DNA of 64,000 bases from Podarcis pityusensis (taxonomy: Eukaryota). Made by a program: the position numbers and the translations under genes. The notes beneath the pieces are model-generated. The model did not search any database. It was not told where the DNA came from and worked only from the letters and a program-made list of their open reading frames with translations. The stretch lies in assembly GCA_964106645.2 (NCBI GenBank), contig OZ067041.1; one strand, written 5' to 3'. This document shows positions 14,204-27,003 of this stretch, in pieces (position 1 is the first letter of the stretch; the number at the start of each line of letters is the position of its first letter).

Positions 14204-14545
14204 ATTTATTTAGATAATTTGTATCCTGCCTTTCCAAAAAGTTCAAGCAGCTAACAAAAAAATGGAAAACAATACAGATAGGGATGAAAATTGCAATAAA
14301 ATTCAATTGAGTACAGTGGAATACAATTACTTAAAAGAGAGAGAGAGGCCAAAAAACCCCAGAAGCTATAAAAACAGCAGCAAGAAAACCCCTGTCTGTT
14401 AAAGTTCACTAAAATCACTAACAGCTGAAAGCCTTCATAAAGAAGAAGATCTTCACAGTGCAGTGGAAAATCATGAATGAAGGGGAAGGTGGATAAGAGA
14501 ATTCCAAGACCAAGGCTTGGCTACTGAAAAGGCCTTTCTCAGGTC
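14204..14545 (-). mobile_element. L2-clade LINE 3' end remnant
   Basis: TTTATTT tail, then GTATCCTGCCTTTCC...GAATTCCA...TACTGAAAAGGCCTT, resembling the reverse complement of the L2 ORF2 end (RAFSVA..WNSL). Confidence 0.55.
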
Positions 14546-14713
14546 ATAGTTGTTTTGGAGCACTCGTCAAAATGTTCCTATTTTCCATCACTATGGGCAG
14601 AATCCAACCAGACCTAAGCAGCTTTAAGGATACGGCCCTCTGCACAGTTTAAGTGTGACTTGCGTCTGAGTTTTTGTTGTAGGCCCTATTGATTTCAATG
14701 GAAAACAACAGGA

Positions 14714-14812
14714 CCCTGATTCAACTGTGTTTTACTCAGAGTAGACTAATTGAAACCAATGGACTTAACTTAGTCACGTTCATCAATTTCATGGGTTCTA
14801 CTCTGAGCAAGA
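14714..14812. repeat. Palindromic repeat of the CTCAGAGTAGA...TCTACTCTGAG family
   Basis: Inverted arms CTCAGAGTAGA / TCTACTCTGAG; relatives near 21817-21963, 29309 and 59543-59633. Confidence 0.6.
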
Positions 14813-15399
14813 TTGCTCAGTGTAATGCCACTCAAAGTTTTTCAGTTGTACTCATTAAATAGATCATTTCACCTGGGCCATATTAATAGATGCAAGGTTA
14901 TTTTCTGTTTGGAAATTATTTCCAATAATATCTGTACTTCGCAAATGTCAGCACAGTCAGAATGTTTATGATATGAACATTATTTTCCAATATATTGGAT
15001 ACTAATGTTACTGATATTAGTGTTAATGTGATAAATCTTTTCTGCTCTGGAAACAAAGTATTTAGTGCAAAATATGATTCAGTTCTTGGATCTCCCTAGT
15101 TTAAAACATTTTCCTAAAACAGTCCTTAAAGAAAAAAGGACTATGACATAGCAAATGAAATGCATTGATTTTAATAGCTAAAGCACAAATACTTATTATA
15201 TAAAACCTAAAATTAAGATAATTCAGCAGTGCAAAATATTATCCTTGATGGGCACTGGTAAGTACAGATTTATCTGCCCAAAACTTCAGTTTCATTTTTG
15301 TTATTAAGAACACTGAATATTAAAAGAAAATCCTTTTGAATATTTGTTTTACAGCGAGCAATAGGAAAGGATTAAAATACCTTAATCAGACTGGGGAGG

Positions 15400-15571
15400 N
15401 NNNNNNNNNNNNNNNNNNNNNNNNNNNNNNNNNNNNNNNNNNNNNNNNNNNNNNNNNNNNNNNNNNNNNNNNNNNNNNNNNNNNNNNNNNNNNNNNNNNN
15501 NNNNNNNNNNNNNNNNNNNNNNNNNNNNNNNNNNNNNNNNNNNNNNNNNNNNNNNNNNNNNNNNNNNNNNN
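15400..15571. other. Assembly gap
   Basis: Run of N. Confidence 1.
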
Positions 15572-17765
15572 TTTCCCTGACAGATGGACAGGGGTGCACT
15601 CAAATTGAATTCAGCTTTAATTGCATTGTGCCATTTAAAATTTTATCTGCTCCACAGATTTTGTTTACAGGTTTCGGGATTCCAGACCTTTGGAAATATT
15701 CCCCCCCCCCCCGCTCTAGCTGTGTGAAAGACCCCTATAATTCTCTATGAGTACTATCTGATGATTGTTCCTGATTTTCATATCTCCAAATAGTGACTTC
15801 TATTTTTAAACAGCTGCAAAACCAAAATGGTTCCTGTCTGTACGGTTTCAAGTTTGGAATGGAGAGAGGTGTAAATGATGTTTGTTCGCTGTGTGCCTTT
15901 TCCTCTAATCGGTAGAACTCCTTGGAAACAGATACATTTGGAAATAAGGCCAGAACTGTGGAGGCACATCTCTGATTGGTTTCTTTCCTATGAAGGCATT
16001 GTAAATTGTCAATCATTAGTCTGTCACCTTGAGCGGTACATGCCTGAGATTAAAAGATAAAGTTAGAGTGAACGAATAATTATATTGTAAAGATTTATTT
16101 TAGCTTCTGTTTGTCTTGGGTTGTACAGAATGTGCTAACTCTCCCCCCCCCAGCCAGCACATGAAATATTAATAGATTGTTTACTTATGCCCTAATACTT
16201 TTTTGTGATCTTAATTCTGGATATTTTGCCATTTTATTTATTTTTGAAAAGTTTTCCCAATAAATCTGGGACTCTGATGCCTTTGAGCATAATCCAGACA
16301 AAGTTAACGCCATATTCCACGGGAGACTGATAAGTATATTGTCTTTTCTCCCTCTTTTGCACTGAGATTTGACGTTCAACTGTGAGAAAGCGACCTTCAT
16401 TTTTCACACTCTGCTTAGTCTGAATACTGCTTCAAATGTGAGATTTTTCCCCATGGCTCAGTTCAAACACCAGGTTAATTCCTGGTTTGAGTGTATAAAC
16501 CTAACAGGGCAATTGTGGCTTGCAGCTGCTTATCTGCTTCCATCTGTTCAGTAGTCCTGTCTTGAGGTGGAATGCCCTCTGGAGGAGATCAAGTACAGGC
16601 CATAGCTGTGGCTTGTAAATTTAGTCCACGTGTCGAGCCAGATCTACCACAAGCTATGGTTAGCAAATCCACTTCAAACAATGGCTTCCGAAACTGGTTT
16701 CCTGGCCTATTGCAGATTTATGGCTCCTCAGTTTAGGTATCAAACTAGTTCACATAATAACAGCAGCAGCAGCAACCACCACTACCACCACCTTAGGGTT
16801 TTTTTAGCCATCCAGGAAATGATTTTGGGAAGCAGACCACTCTGTAGGAAGATCTGGCAGCAGAGAAGGCCTTTCTCAGAGGAAGTCATGGAGGGACATG
16901 CCCAGCATTTTATCTTTGCAACAGAATGTGAGGTACTGGTAACCTAGGTGGAGAGATAATGACAGCTCAATCTCAGTGCATTTCATGGTTTGTGGAGGAT
17001 TTGAATACAGGACTTTTATTTTTATTGTGTTACTCCACATGGGCTGTCAGTTGTCCAGAAGATAAATGAATACCCCAAGGAGAGCAACCTGCAGCCCTAA
17101 CCCAATTTTATGTAGATGTCCATCGGGTCTCCCCAAACTCCCCCATTTCTTCCTTTCTCTTGGGTTCCTTATTTTTCCAGGGCTTAAAAAAACATGTTTC
17201 CCCACACCTCTGTATTGTTTCAGAACAACGGAGAGGGGCAGCATTTGATAAAAATAGATTCTTTTTCAAACAACATTGTTTTCTGGTTGTATGGCTTTGG
17301 GAAAAGCATTCTCCCATCCCAGTTGCCTGAGAACAAGTTGGTAGGCTTCTGCAATGTATGTATGTGCACCTATACTAAAGTCAGAAAGGAATTGGTTTCA
17401 GTTTTTTCCCAGAACAGTAGCAGCATACTCATTTGAGTATTCAGTAGACCTGAATACCGCTGGGACTTCTAATCCGAGATTGTCATGGTGAAAACAGAAG
17501 GAGTGTAGTCTTTCTTTTGGATTAGTTAATCCAAAACACTTTTATATCTGGATTTTTAGTTAATCCAGAACACCCATCACTTGCGTGAGGTCCCAGGGGG
17601 AAAAGGTTTATCTACAAAGGTTCTCTTAGAGCGGGCTTAATGTAACCACGCCATTGCGTATTCTGTGTGGGTAGCATGTAAGCATCTATCCCATACTTTA
17701 GATCTGAGTCCATGTTATAACCCTCACATTTAGAATTGAAAGAAAACAATGCAGATATAAAATAC

Positions 17766-17833
<68 letters not shown>

Positions 17834-17850
17834 GACAGAGAGAGGCAGAG
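17766..17850. repeat. Compound (GT)n(GA)n microsatellite
   Basis: Read directly from the sequence. Confidence 0.95.
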
Positions 17851-18102
17851 AGGAAGGAGATTCTCTAACTTAATGGAGAATTAGAAGCAGCTCACATTTT
17901 TCATTACCATTATTGGACTGTAGATAATTGAACTAGGGGCATAGAAACAAAGCTGAGGAAGGTAGAATACAAGATAAAAAGGGATACTTTTGGAGCTGCA
18001 GCAAACTTGAATTATTTCTCTTGAAAGGTCTCTCTCACTGTATATTAGTAAATGTATTAGGAAATGAACCAACTTTGAGCCAGTTTGGACATAATGCTAA
18101 AG

Positions 18103-18330
18103 CAGGGGTCAGCAAACTTTTTCAGCAGACCTTGTGGGGGGCTGGACTATATTTTGAAAAAAACAACAATGAATGAATTCCTATGCCCCACAAATAACCC
18201 AGAGATGCATTTTAAATAAAAGGACACACTCTACTCATGTAAAAACATGCTTTCCTGGACCGTCCGCAGGCTGGATTTATAAGGCGATTGGGCCGGATCC
18301 AGCCCCTGGGCCTTAGTTTGCCTACCCATG
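18103..18330 (+). mobile_element. Non-autonomous hAT MITE, copy 2
   Basis: Same TIRs and body as 3582-3834 with a short internal deletion; perfect TSD TGCTAAAG (18095-18102 and 18331-18338). Confidence 0.9.
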
Positions 18331-19589
18331 TGCTAAAGGATGGTTTAATGTGATGTCAGTGAGAATTTACCCTCCTAATCTGGCATGACCATGAGAAAGG
18401 AATTCACAGTATTTTGCTTCTTTTTATTTATCTCAGCAGGCTGTGTCCTATTAAACCCATCCAAACTATGGTTGATCTTAACTCTGCTCAATGGAAATGA
18501 ACCAACTTTAAGGCACAGTCTATGGCAACTAATGGTGGTTAGGATTATCCAGTTTAGGGTTTGGATGACAATCTAAACTGCAGCCAGTGTGAGCTAGAGG
18601 GGACTAGTTAGAAACAACCGTGCATTCTTTGCTATTTTTCATATTTCTGGTTTCTATTTTAAAACATTAAGCTGCTGCTATAAACTCTTGACTAAACTCT
18701 TGTCCTTTTTTGAGAATGGATTTTTATGGCTGGAAACTAAATTAGGTTTTTTTTATTTAAATGGAACTGTATACCCACAAATTCCTCCCCCTCTTCTCTT
18801 GGCAGCCTTGGTCACTTGTAGTTAATTAAGATTTCAGACATGAAGTTGCCAATCAAGATAGCAAATGTACTTCCCTCTCCTGTTTTCACAAGCAGGCACC
18901 TAGAGATTCAGTACATTGCCTTGGTAGCTGGTATGTGATATCTCTCTCTAGTTTATAGCGTGGTACAATGATGCCATTGCCCCATGTGGCAAATGGTGTA
19001 AGCTATTGTAAAACTGTTTGTCTATGTGATTAAGACATTGCAGCAGTGTGCAGCACCATCCAATTACTTTTTTAATTTAATTATGCTAGGAAAAAAGAGA
19101 ATAGCATAATAGAAAGTCTTGTCATAGGGAATATGTAAAATGTAAATTGAAGAGCCATGAACATTTCATGCATTGGCAGTCTGATTTGTTCTTATTTTCA
19201 ACTTGTTATGAAGAGTGAGTTTCTTAAATGCAATAAAACAAGACATAGCAGCATTTAGTAATTACTTAGTTCTACATCAAAATAATTATATACAGTGTGT
19301 GTTTGTAGCTACTCCGAAACCAGAATACTTCGGGGCCCATATCAATTTTGTCTTTTAGACAGTGTAAATAAAGCTGAATCTTCAACTTTCAAATTAAAAC
19401 TGATAACCTTGGGCAATCAGGGCTTTTATAAAAAAAAGAAGGGGGGAGACTTTAGCTTGCCTTGGAACAGGTTGTGTCTCTGGAATGCTTCTGGGACTAA
19501 AGAGATCAATTAAGTGTGTATAAACAAACAGTTGGAAAAAAGCTACTAAAACAACAGAGGAGAAATCTCTCTATTGGGCTCCAGGGGCC

Positions 19590-19953
19590 NNNNNNNNNNN
19601 NNNNNNNNNNNNNNNNNNNNNNNNNNNNNNNNNNNNNNNNNNNNNNNNNNNNNNNNNNNNNNNNNNNNNNNNNNNNNNNNNNNNNNNNNNNNNNNNNNNN
19701 NNNNNNNNNNNNNNNNNNNNNNNNNNNNNNNNNNNNNNNNNNNNNNNNNNNNNNNNNNNNNNNNNNNNNNNNNNNNNNNNNNNNNNNNNNNNNNNNNNNN
19801 NNNNNNNNNNNNNNNNNNNNNNNNNNNNNNNNNNNNNNNNNNNNNNNNNNNNNNNNNNNNNNNNNNNNNNNNNNNNNNNNNNNNNNNNNNNNNNNNNNNN
19901 NNNNNNNNNNNNNNNNNNNNNNNNNNNNNNNNNNNNNNNNNNNNNNNNNNNNN
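19590..19953. other. Assembly gap
   Basis: Run of N. Confidence 1.
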
Positions 19954-20939
19954 ATTCTGTCATAGGATGCTAACATAGTTTTTAAAAATATGCCTGCCTC
20001 AATAAACTTGCCCTTTCGCTGCATGACAAAGATTATTGGGCTTAAATTTTTATTTCTAAAAAAAAGAAAGACCTTGGACTGTTAATCTTTTTAGTAACTG
20101 GAGCCATTTGTTCCAAATCAGATTTTTAATAATTTACACATCTTGACATAAAAAGACTTTCTTATTTTAATAGCCACGCCATTCGAAACCCTTAAAAGGA
20201 CCTTTACAATAAGGGTGGGAGGAAGGTAGAACTCAAGATCATTGGCAAGGGCTTCAGATTTTCAGTTGACTAGCAAAAAGCATTTGAAAGGCCCCCCCCC
20301 CCCCAAAGCAGAGTGCTGAAAAAGAATGCTTGGAAGAAAACCAGAAATTGATTTGTTGGTGAAAGGACTTATGAGCTTGGCTCTGGTACTGGTCACAAAT
20401 TCCTGGGCTGAGCATGTGCTCAGAGTCTCCCTGTCACTTAATTCTTAGCTTATTCTTCCCACCTGAGCCACTGTTTTACATATAGCTCTGGATGGCAAGT
20501 CTCAGTATTTTAGTAGAGGACTAAGTAGTAAATCCCAAGGGTCTGAAGTCTTTTCACCCTGTCTTCTAGTTCTTAAACTGATAATTTATAGATTATAGAC
20601 CCCCTTACTTTTTATATTTGGTAATGGTATTCTTATAGGACAGTTCTGTTTATGTTCATTCAGAAGTATATCCTGTTGTGTTCAATAGAAACTGGGTATA
20701 GAATTACATCCAAAAGTATTTACGGTTATTGTGTAAATTTATGTTGCCTTCCTTTTTAAGCTGTTTCCTATGGTGCACACGTCTCTGTCCTTCTATCTGA
20801 AATGGTGAAACCACATTCCATTTACTAGTTCATATTGTCTAGTTGCTGTTGCTTTGCTTGTCCCTTGGACGCGTAGAAGAAACAAAACATGATCCTTTGG
20901 TTTCACGTTATGTCCAAACCAGGGATTGTTTCTCCACAG

Positions 20940-21088
20940 TGGCGGACCTCGGTGTCTCGAATTTCAGCAACGCCCTGTTCAACGCCAAAATCTGGCCCAC
21001 TCGCCTCTTGCCTTCCATTGGATGTCATAGTTGCCATGCCTGCTTCGGCACCCCATCCTTGGCGCAAGAGATTTGCCTTTGTGCTTAA
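20940..21088 (+). other. Candidate coding exon or conserved element (strand uncertain)
   Basis: Acceptor TTTCTCCACAG; frame xADLGVSNFSNALFNAKIWPTRLL...CLCA* with mostly G/C third positions; CpGs retained; aligned antisense frame also open with a Kozak-context ATG. Confidence 0.3.
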
Positions 21089-21880
21089 CATAACATAGTC
21101 ACTTAAAGCAACGGTTTATTGTTGGCTTGCTGAAACTTGTTAGGAAGAAACATTAGAAAGTAATGTGAAGAAAAGTTTTCCTAAATTTGCTTATCTTGCC
21201 TATGCCAGCTGGGGGAGGAACAAACTAGGAATGATCAGGCAACATGCTCGTTCCTGGTAAATCACAATGCCAGAAAGTCTGATTCATGATGATGAGTGAA
21301 CATGGCTGACGAAAGAAAGAAACACCATCAGAACATTTCCAAGCCCAGAATTCCTAAAACACCAGAGGGTGCATCCAGACAGGTTTTTTAACAAGGATTG
21401 GTGCTCCTCATACATGCAAGTTCTTTTACAGCATCCACACAACATCGTTGTCAACCAACTGTCAGTCTGCATCTCCACCTTCACCCCCCAGTTAGTCTGG
21501 ATTCAATATGGTAGAAATCCACAAAGTTAAAAAACAAACAAACTGTTGTCAGTGACCTGTTTGTGGTGTCTCAATGACCTACCTGCAGTATTAAGCCCCA
21601 TTTTGGAAACACTTATAGCCCATTTTTTGAGTCAAGAAAAATTAAAACCATCAGTTTAGAAAATTTATGGGCTCATGCAGTCATTAGCATCTGTGGCACC
21701 TTAGTCCAGTCGAAATTAAGCTAATTTCCATTGCAGTTGCAATGATTAAACTTCTTGGGTAGTTTTATTGCTTATATTACTCTGCAAGGTGCCATGTAGA
21801 CTATACAAATTCATTAGGTTGTATTCAGTGTAAGTTCCACTCAGAGTAGATCCACTGCAGTTAAGAGACATGACTAATTT

Positions 21881-21916
21881 AGAGTCGGACATGACTAAAC
21901 GACTAAGCAACAACAA
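21881..21916 (+). mobile_element. BovB extreme 3' micro-fragment inside a palindromic repeat
   Basis: AGAGTCGGACATGACTAAACGACTAAGCAACAACAA resembles the BovB terminus at about 54910-54942. Confidence 0.7.
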
Positions 21917-24900
21917 GAAGTTTCACTGTGCCTACTGTGGGTAATACTTAATTGAATGCAACCCATAACAATAAGAGCAAGCTTTGGGCAAAACAGGTGA
22001 TTCTGGAGATTTTGTAGAACACAAGAATCTAAAATGCCGTTCGAAGGTTTCTTACTGTATATTTATCTGCCATGTAAGTTTTTTTTTAAAAAAACAACAT
22101 TTTGAATATAACCCTTTTCAAATTTGTAGTGTAGTAATTTGTCTCCTGTATAGTCAATATTGTTAAACTGGAGTTGCCACATAAATATTCAGAAAAATGA
22201 TACCGAGTCACAAAGTTCCAAGGTAATGTTTGCAAAGTAGCACTTTGCAGATGGGAGGGACAGAAGAGGGAAGCTACTGTTGACTTTGTCCTGTTACAGC
22301 AATTTTAGATGGACAAATTGCAGTTGAGGAAATTTCATGACTCGGTAAAATGAGCAATGATGACATCTGTGGATGCAGGTCTGTTCATATCTTTGCAGAG
22401 CCTTTAGGGAAATAAATATCTCGGAACATTCGGTGAAGTGAAGCTCACTCAATAAATCAACCTGACACAATAACACTTCTGGCACATGAAGCTTTGCTTT
22501 CTCCTCAGCACCACCTACCCCTCTGTGTTCCTGAGCTACCAAATGGTGTCTCCCCACAGGCCTCTAAATCAAATTGGTGCACACAAATACAGTGAGAATT
22601 TATTGGGAATTGGTTTTGTTTGGCAAAAACATTACTTATTAGATGAACTGAGATGATAATACATTTTGACCCTTTAAGTACTGAACCGTTTTAGACATCT
22701 TGATACAAGTAAAGAAGACTCATGGAAACTGCCTGCTTAACTTTAAGCAGGGAAAAAACCCAAACCTTTTTCACTGCCTCTGCCTTCCAGTAAGTCGTTG
22801 CACTGCTCCAGTATAGAGATACCAATAGTACTTTGCAGTCTATACGTAGTCTACAAATTGGGAACCAGCTTTGAAAACGAACACTTCCTTTTTCTTCCTC
22901 CCTAGTTTGCCACAAACCAATTTTCTTTCACTATGTAGCCTTAACTGTGGTTTAATATTACATACATACTGGTGTTCCATCTTAGCTTAGGTCCGAAAGC
23001 AGTGTTGGACGTGGATTTCCAGATGCTTTTTACAACAATTCGTAATTAGCACTGGCAAATGATTGGAGGGTGAAATTCATCAGAGTTTGGGTAGGGTAGG
23101 GGATATCTTCCCAACGCTGATTTTCTATTTCTAAATCATCGTTGGCAGATCTATTGGCACCTGTTTAAACAACATTCGTTTGCAATTGTGTTCAAATGAT
23201 AAAATACATTCTTCACAAACTCTAAAAATTATCTGTGTAAATAGTTGTAAGCAGAGAGATTCTCCCTTATTAACTCTATTCCTGGCCAGCAATGGTCTGT
23301 GTGACCATAGGCCAAAGAGGGGCTACTGTACATCTGCTGGCAAACTGCTGTGCAGTCATGACATCACACGTATTTCCATGGAGACAGAACATTTAAAGCT
23401 ATCTCTTCTTCATTTTCATTCTTAACAAGATTGGTCCCGACTGATTAGCTCTTGATGTAAACCTGGATTGACTCTGGATTTATTTCATAACAATTAAAAG
23501 TACTTTTTGCAGGATTTAAAATAAACGTCGTAATAGCTTCTCACTAGGACCTGGCAGATATTCTTTAAAAAACACACCATGCAGCAGTGAGTGTGTGAAC
23601 ACCTGGGCAACTGTTTTGTGATCACCTAGCAGTAAGCGCTTTGAGATAAATTTATCCAGAGCAGATTTATCAAGTTTTTAGTGGGATTTAACCAAGATTA
23701 GCTAATTTTAATATTAAGAAGAGCGTCCCTAGTACATTCTAGAGAAGAAACAGTGCCCCTTCAAAGCTAGAAGCATGCCCCATGGTGACAACCTAATGTA
23801 ACCGATCAAATTTTGGGCTAATGAACCTTGGCCGGTGACCTTTCATGTAGTGATGGATCACATGTGCCAAAGCTAAACTATCTACAAAATTACTGCAATG
23901 TTAAAGCTTCAACTAGGAGCTTCATTTGTTTTTCTTCTGGTTAAAAAAAAAAAGTCTGTTTCAAATCCTATTTGCCCCTTATCTCTGTTTGTTCAGTTGT
24001 TTTTAATATCACGTACTGAAAGAATTTCAATAGCTGTTTCACCATGAAGTCATTTGTTATCCTTCAGCGGGTCTTTGCCTTCTGAATTGTAAAGTAGGCC
24101 TTCACTATTTGCATCCTCCAGATGGAGCAGCGTATAAACACTCCCAGATATTTCTAGTAAGTATGAAAAAAAACCATCTCATTTGTCCTTTCTGTGAATA
24201 AATAAGAGAGTGTCAAATTTTATAGACTAATAAATTTGTATGCTGGGAGTGACATTGAATCTCTCATGGCCTGCAATGTCAGAGACCCTGAGAGAGACGA
24301 TCTTTTTTTGTTTTGTTTTCAAATGTATACTAAGTCAAGTAGAGGTTCAATAAAAAGCCAGGGAATTTGATTGTGTTGTTTGTCCGCCCAGTAGACTAAT
24401 TCAGTTGCAATTTGCCATGAGGAAATACAATTTACATTTTTCCCAGGGTTGCATAAGCAATCACAAAGATGGTCACGAAAGAAGAATGGAAGGAATGGTT
24501 AAGAAGCACTTTAAAGCCATATTTTATATGTACTTAAAAGAAAATAACACTTTCGAACCGAAAATGATTTTTGCGCTTCTGGCCTTCTATATAATGCAGT
24601 ATGTCATATAAGCCAGAATTGTCAGGGAAAATCCACCAGAAAGGTTATCTGTGTACATGCCATTGAAATGAATGGGTTTTCCCCCAGTTTTCTTCATTTC
24701 AGTTGGGTTTCAGAGGAAAAGTTCCCTAGTGGTTTTTTGTGTGTTTGTTTGCTTGGCATTCTCAACATTGTACTGCCTGGTGTTGTTGAATGGGTCTTTT
24801 TCAACACCTTTTTTTAATACCAAAAGAACATGCAGCAAATACATTCTCATTTTCATTTCAATATTAAATCCCCCAAAATATTATAGCCCCACGGTCCTTT

Positions 24901-25977
24901 TGCATTTGATTGCAATCTCTTCTCCATCTCCTACTTAACAGAGTAACAGTTAAGATGGATTTTAGAAAAATAAAAAATAAAATCCTGAATGTGTTTTTAA
25001 TAAATTCCTAAGAAGCAACTTTTCTGAGAAGCTACTCCAAGATATAGTGTATTTTTGGTAGATCTCTCTGAAATTCTTGTTTGGAAAGGGTCTATTCATT
25101 TCCATTAACCAAATTTTTGGGTAACTGCATCACATAGCAAATTTCAGCTATGTTGAACTGACTGCGGAGCCTTGATTATATATATAACTGTTACTTAGAA
25201 GTAACCTCTACGGTGGCTACCTGATTGGTTGGGGCATGAAAGTCCAGTTCCTAGGATGGAATTCTGTACCTGAGAAAAATGACTAGAGAATCCACAATTC
25301 CACTATGCATTCTTTCATGCACAGTATATTTTTGTAGAGTATATATCCATGAGTTGCTACAGGAGCACCATTTCAGCATATATTTTTTTGCAAGGGCAAG
25401 GGATGTCTTTGATGTATATGCACCAAAAGAAGCATATTTTAAGAACATTTTTTAGTCCCTCCTAACCAGAGATTTAGATTTTTATGTAGAATAATCTCAC
25501 TTCAGTAGCACAGAGTGAGTAAGTTGAAAACCACCCGTCAGCTAATTTCACCATTGAATCTCTATCCATTGCCCCCAGGTGACTTCAGGAAGTGCTTCTA
25601 CCTCTGTCATTATTCACTGACCACAAAACATTCTACAGAGGACATCAATAAATTATATCTAATATTTATTTTCTTTGCATAGTAATTAGAGAGGAATGAG
25701 GCAAACTCATAGTATCCAGCATTGAATTGATTTGTGGAAATGTATTTTGATGAGTGAAGTTCTAAGCTTACCAAAGTGAAATATTTGAGAAAGAAATATT
25801 TGAAATCAATATTATGAAATCTTATGAAATTGTTATATAGCAACAAAGAGACTCAATAAAACAAATTAAAATGTAAAGTATAAGCAACTGTGTTGTATCT
25901 CTATTAGCAGTGGTTGCTTTGTCATCCAAGACAGATAGTAGACATTTCTCTGATAATATCTCAGATTGTGATACCGC

Positions 25978-26094
25978 CATAGAATCATAGAGTTGAAAGG
26001 GACCACTAGGATCAGGTAGTCCAACTCCCTGCAATGCTTGAACCCACAACCTTGAGATTAAAAGTCTCATGCTCAACTAATTGAGCTACCCCAG
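25978..26094 (-). mobile_element. tRNA-Lys-derived SINE with CR1-like 3' tail (internally deleted)
   Basis: Reverse complement has a TAGCTCAATTAGTTGAGCATGAGAC...GGTTCAAG head and ends CTCTATGATTCTATG. Confidence 0.75.
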
Positions 26095-27003
26095 CTTGGA
26101 TTTTGTTCGCTTGTAAAGGTAAGAGATTCTTAAGAAACATCATCCCCCACACATATGGCAATTTTTAGCAAAAGTGCTAATGAAAATTTGTCAGCCATTT
26201 AGTTTTGCATTTTTCCTGATATACACATTTCATATGGACTTTCGTTTAAGAGACACATTTTTGCAAGCAGTGTTCTTCTGCATGCTTCTTTTAAAAAAAT
26301 AAAAGCATTTTTGTTTGGGGGGGGGAGAAGAGGAACTGCATCGCAAAATTCAGAAGAGCAGGGCTCCATTGTGGCCCATGGCACTGCCCCTCCCCCGTTT
26401 GCATGCAAGATGGATTGTACCATATGTTATATCCAAAACTTAGTGCCCTTGATTCAACAAGTTCAAAATGGGCATAACTGTTAAAATCATAATTTTGCCC
26501 TAAGTTTAATAGAGCCGCTCCTTCTGCCCGCAGCATACCAACCCACACAGTGGTGAGTGCCTGCAAGGTAGTGCATACATGTATGCTTTCTCTTGGTCAT
26601 ATGTACGCCATGCACAAATTCTTGTCTGAGAAGTTTTGCTTGAGTATCATAAAGTTACACAAAGTTTGTGCTTTATTTATAGTGCAATCCATCCCAGTGC
26701 TTCAATGTATGAGGAAGGATGTCAGGGTAATCCATGATTCACCATGATGTAAAGAGCTGCACCGAGCTTCGGCCTTGCATGCTCTCCTCTTCTCCTCAAG
26801 CATGACTGTGGAGAGGAGATATAGAAGCTTTCGCTTCCGTTTAAGTGAATCATAGCTTTCCATGTCACCCAAGTCTGGCAAACTGCAGTTAACTTTTACT
26901 ACTGCTGGTTCCAAACAAGCCAACTTAGTGACTGAAACTGGCTTGCTTCCATGAACAGTTGTTAAGATTAACCACAGTTACAGGTCTAGGTGACACACTG
27001 AGT

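Noticed and set aside
19506-20024. Long ORFs spanning N-gaps (also near 7.9, 15.4, 42.3, 52.4 and 62.9 kb)
   Set aside because: Artefacts of unresolved bases.
20940-20970. Kinase (ADLG) or aldo-keto reductase (GVSNF) assignment
   Set aside because: Only 4-5 residues match and the flanks do not continue either family pattern.
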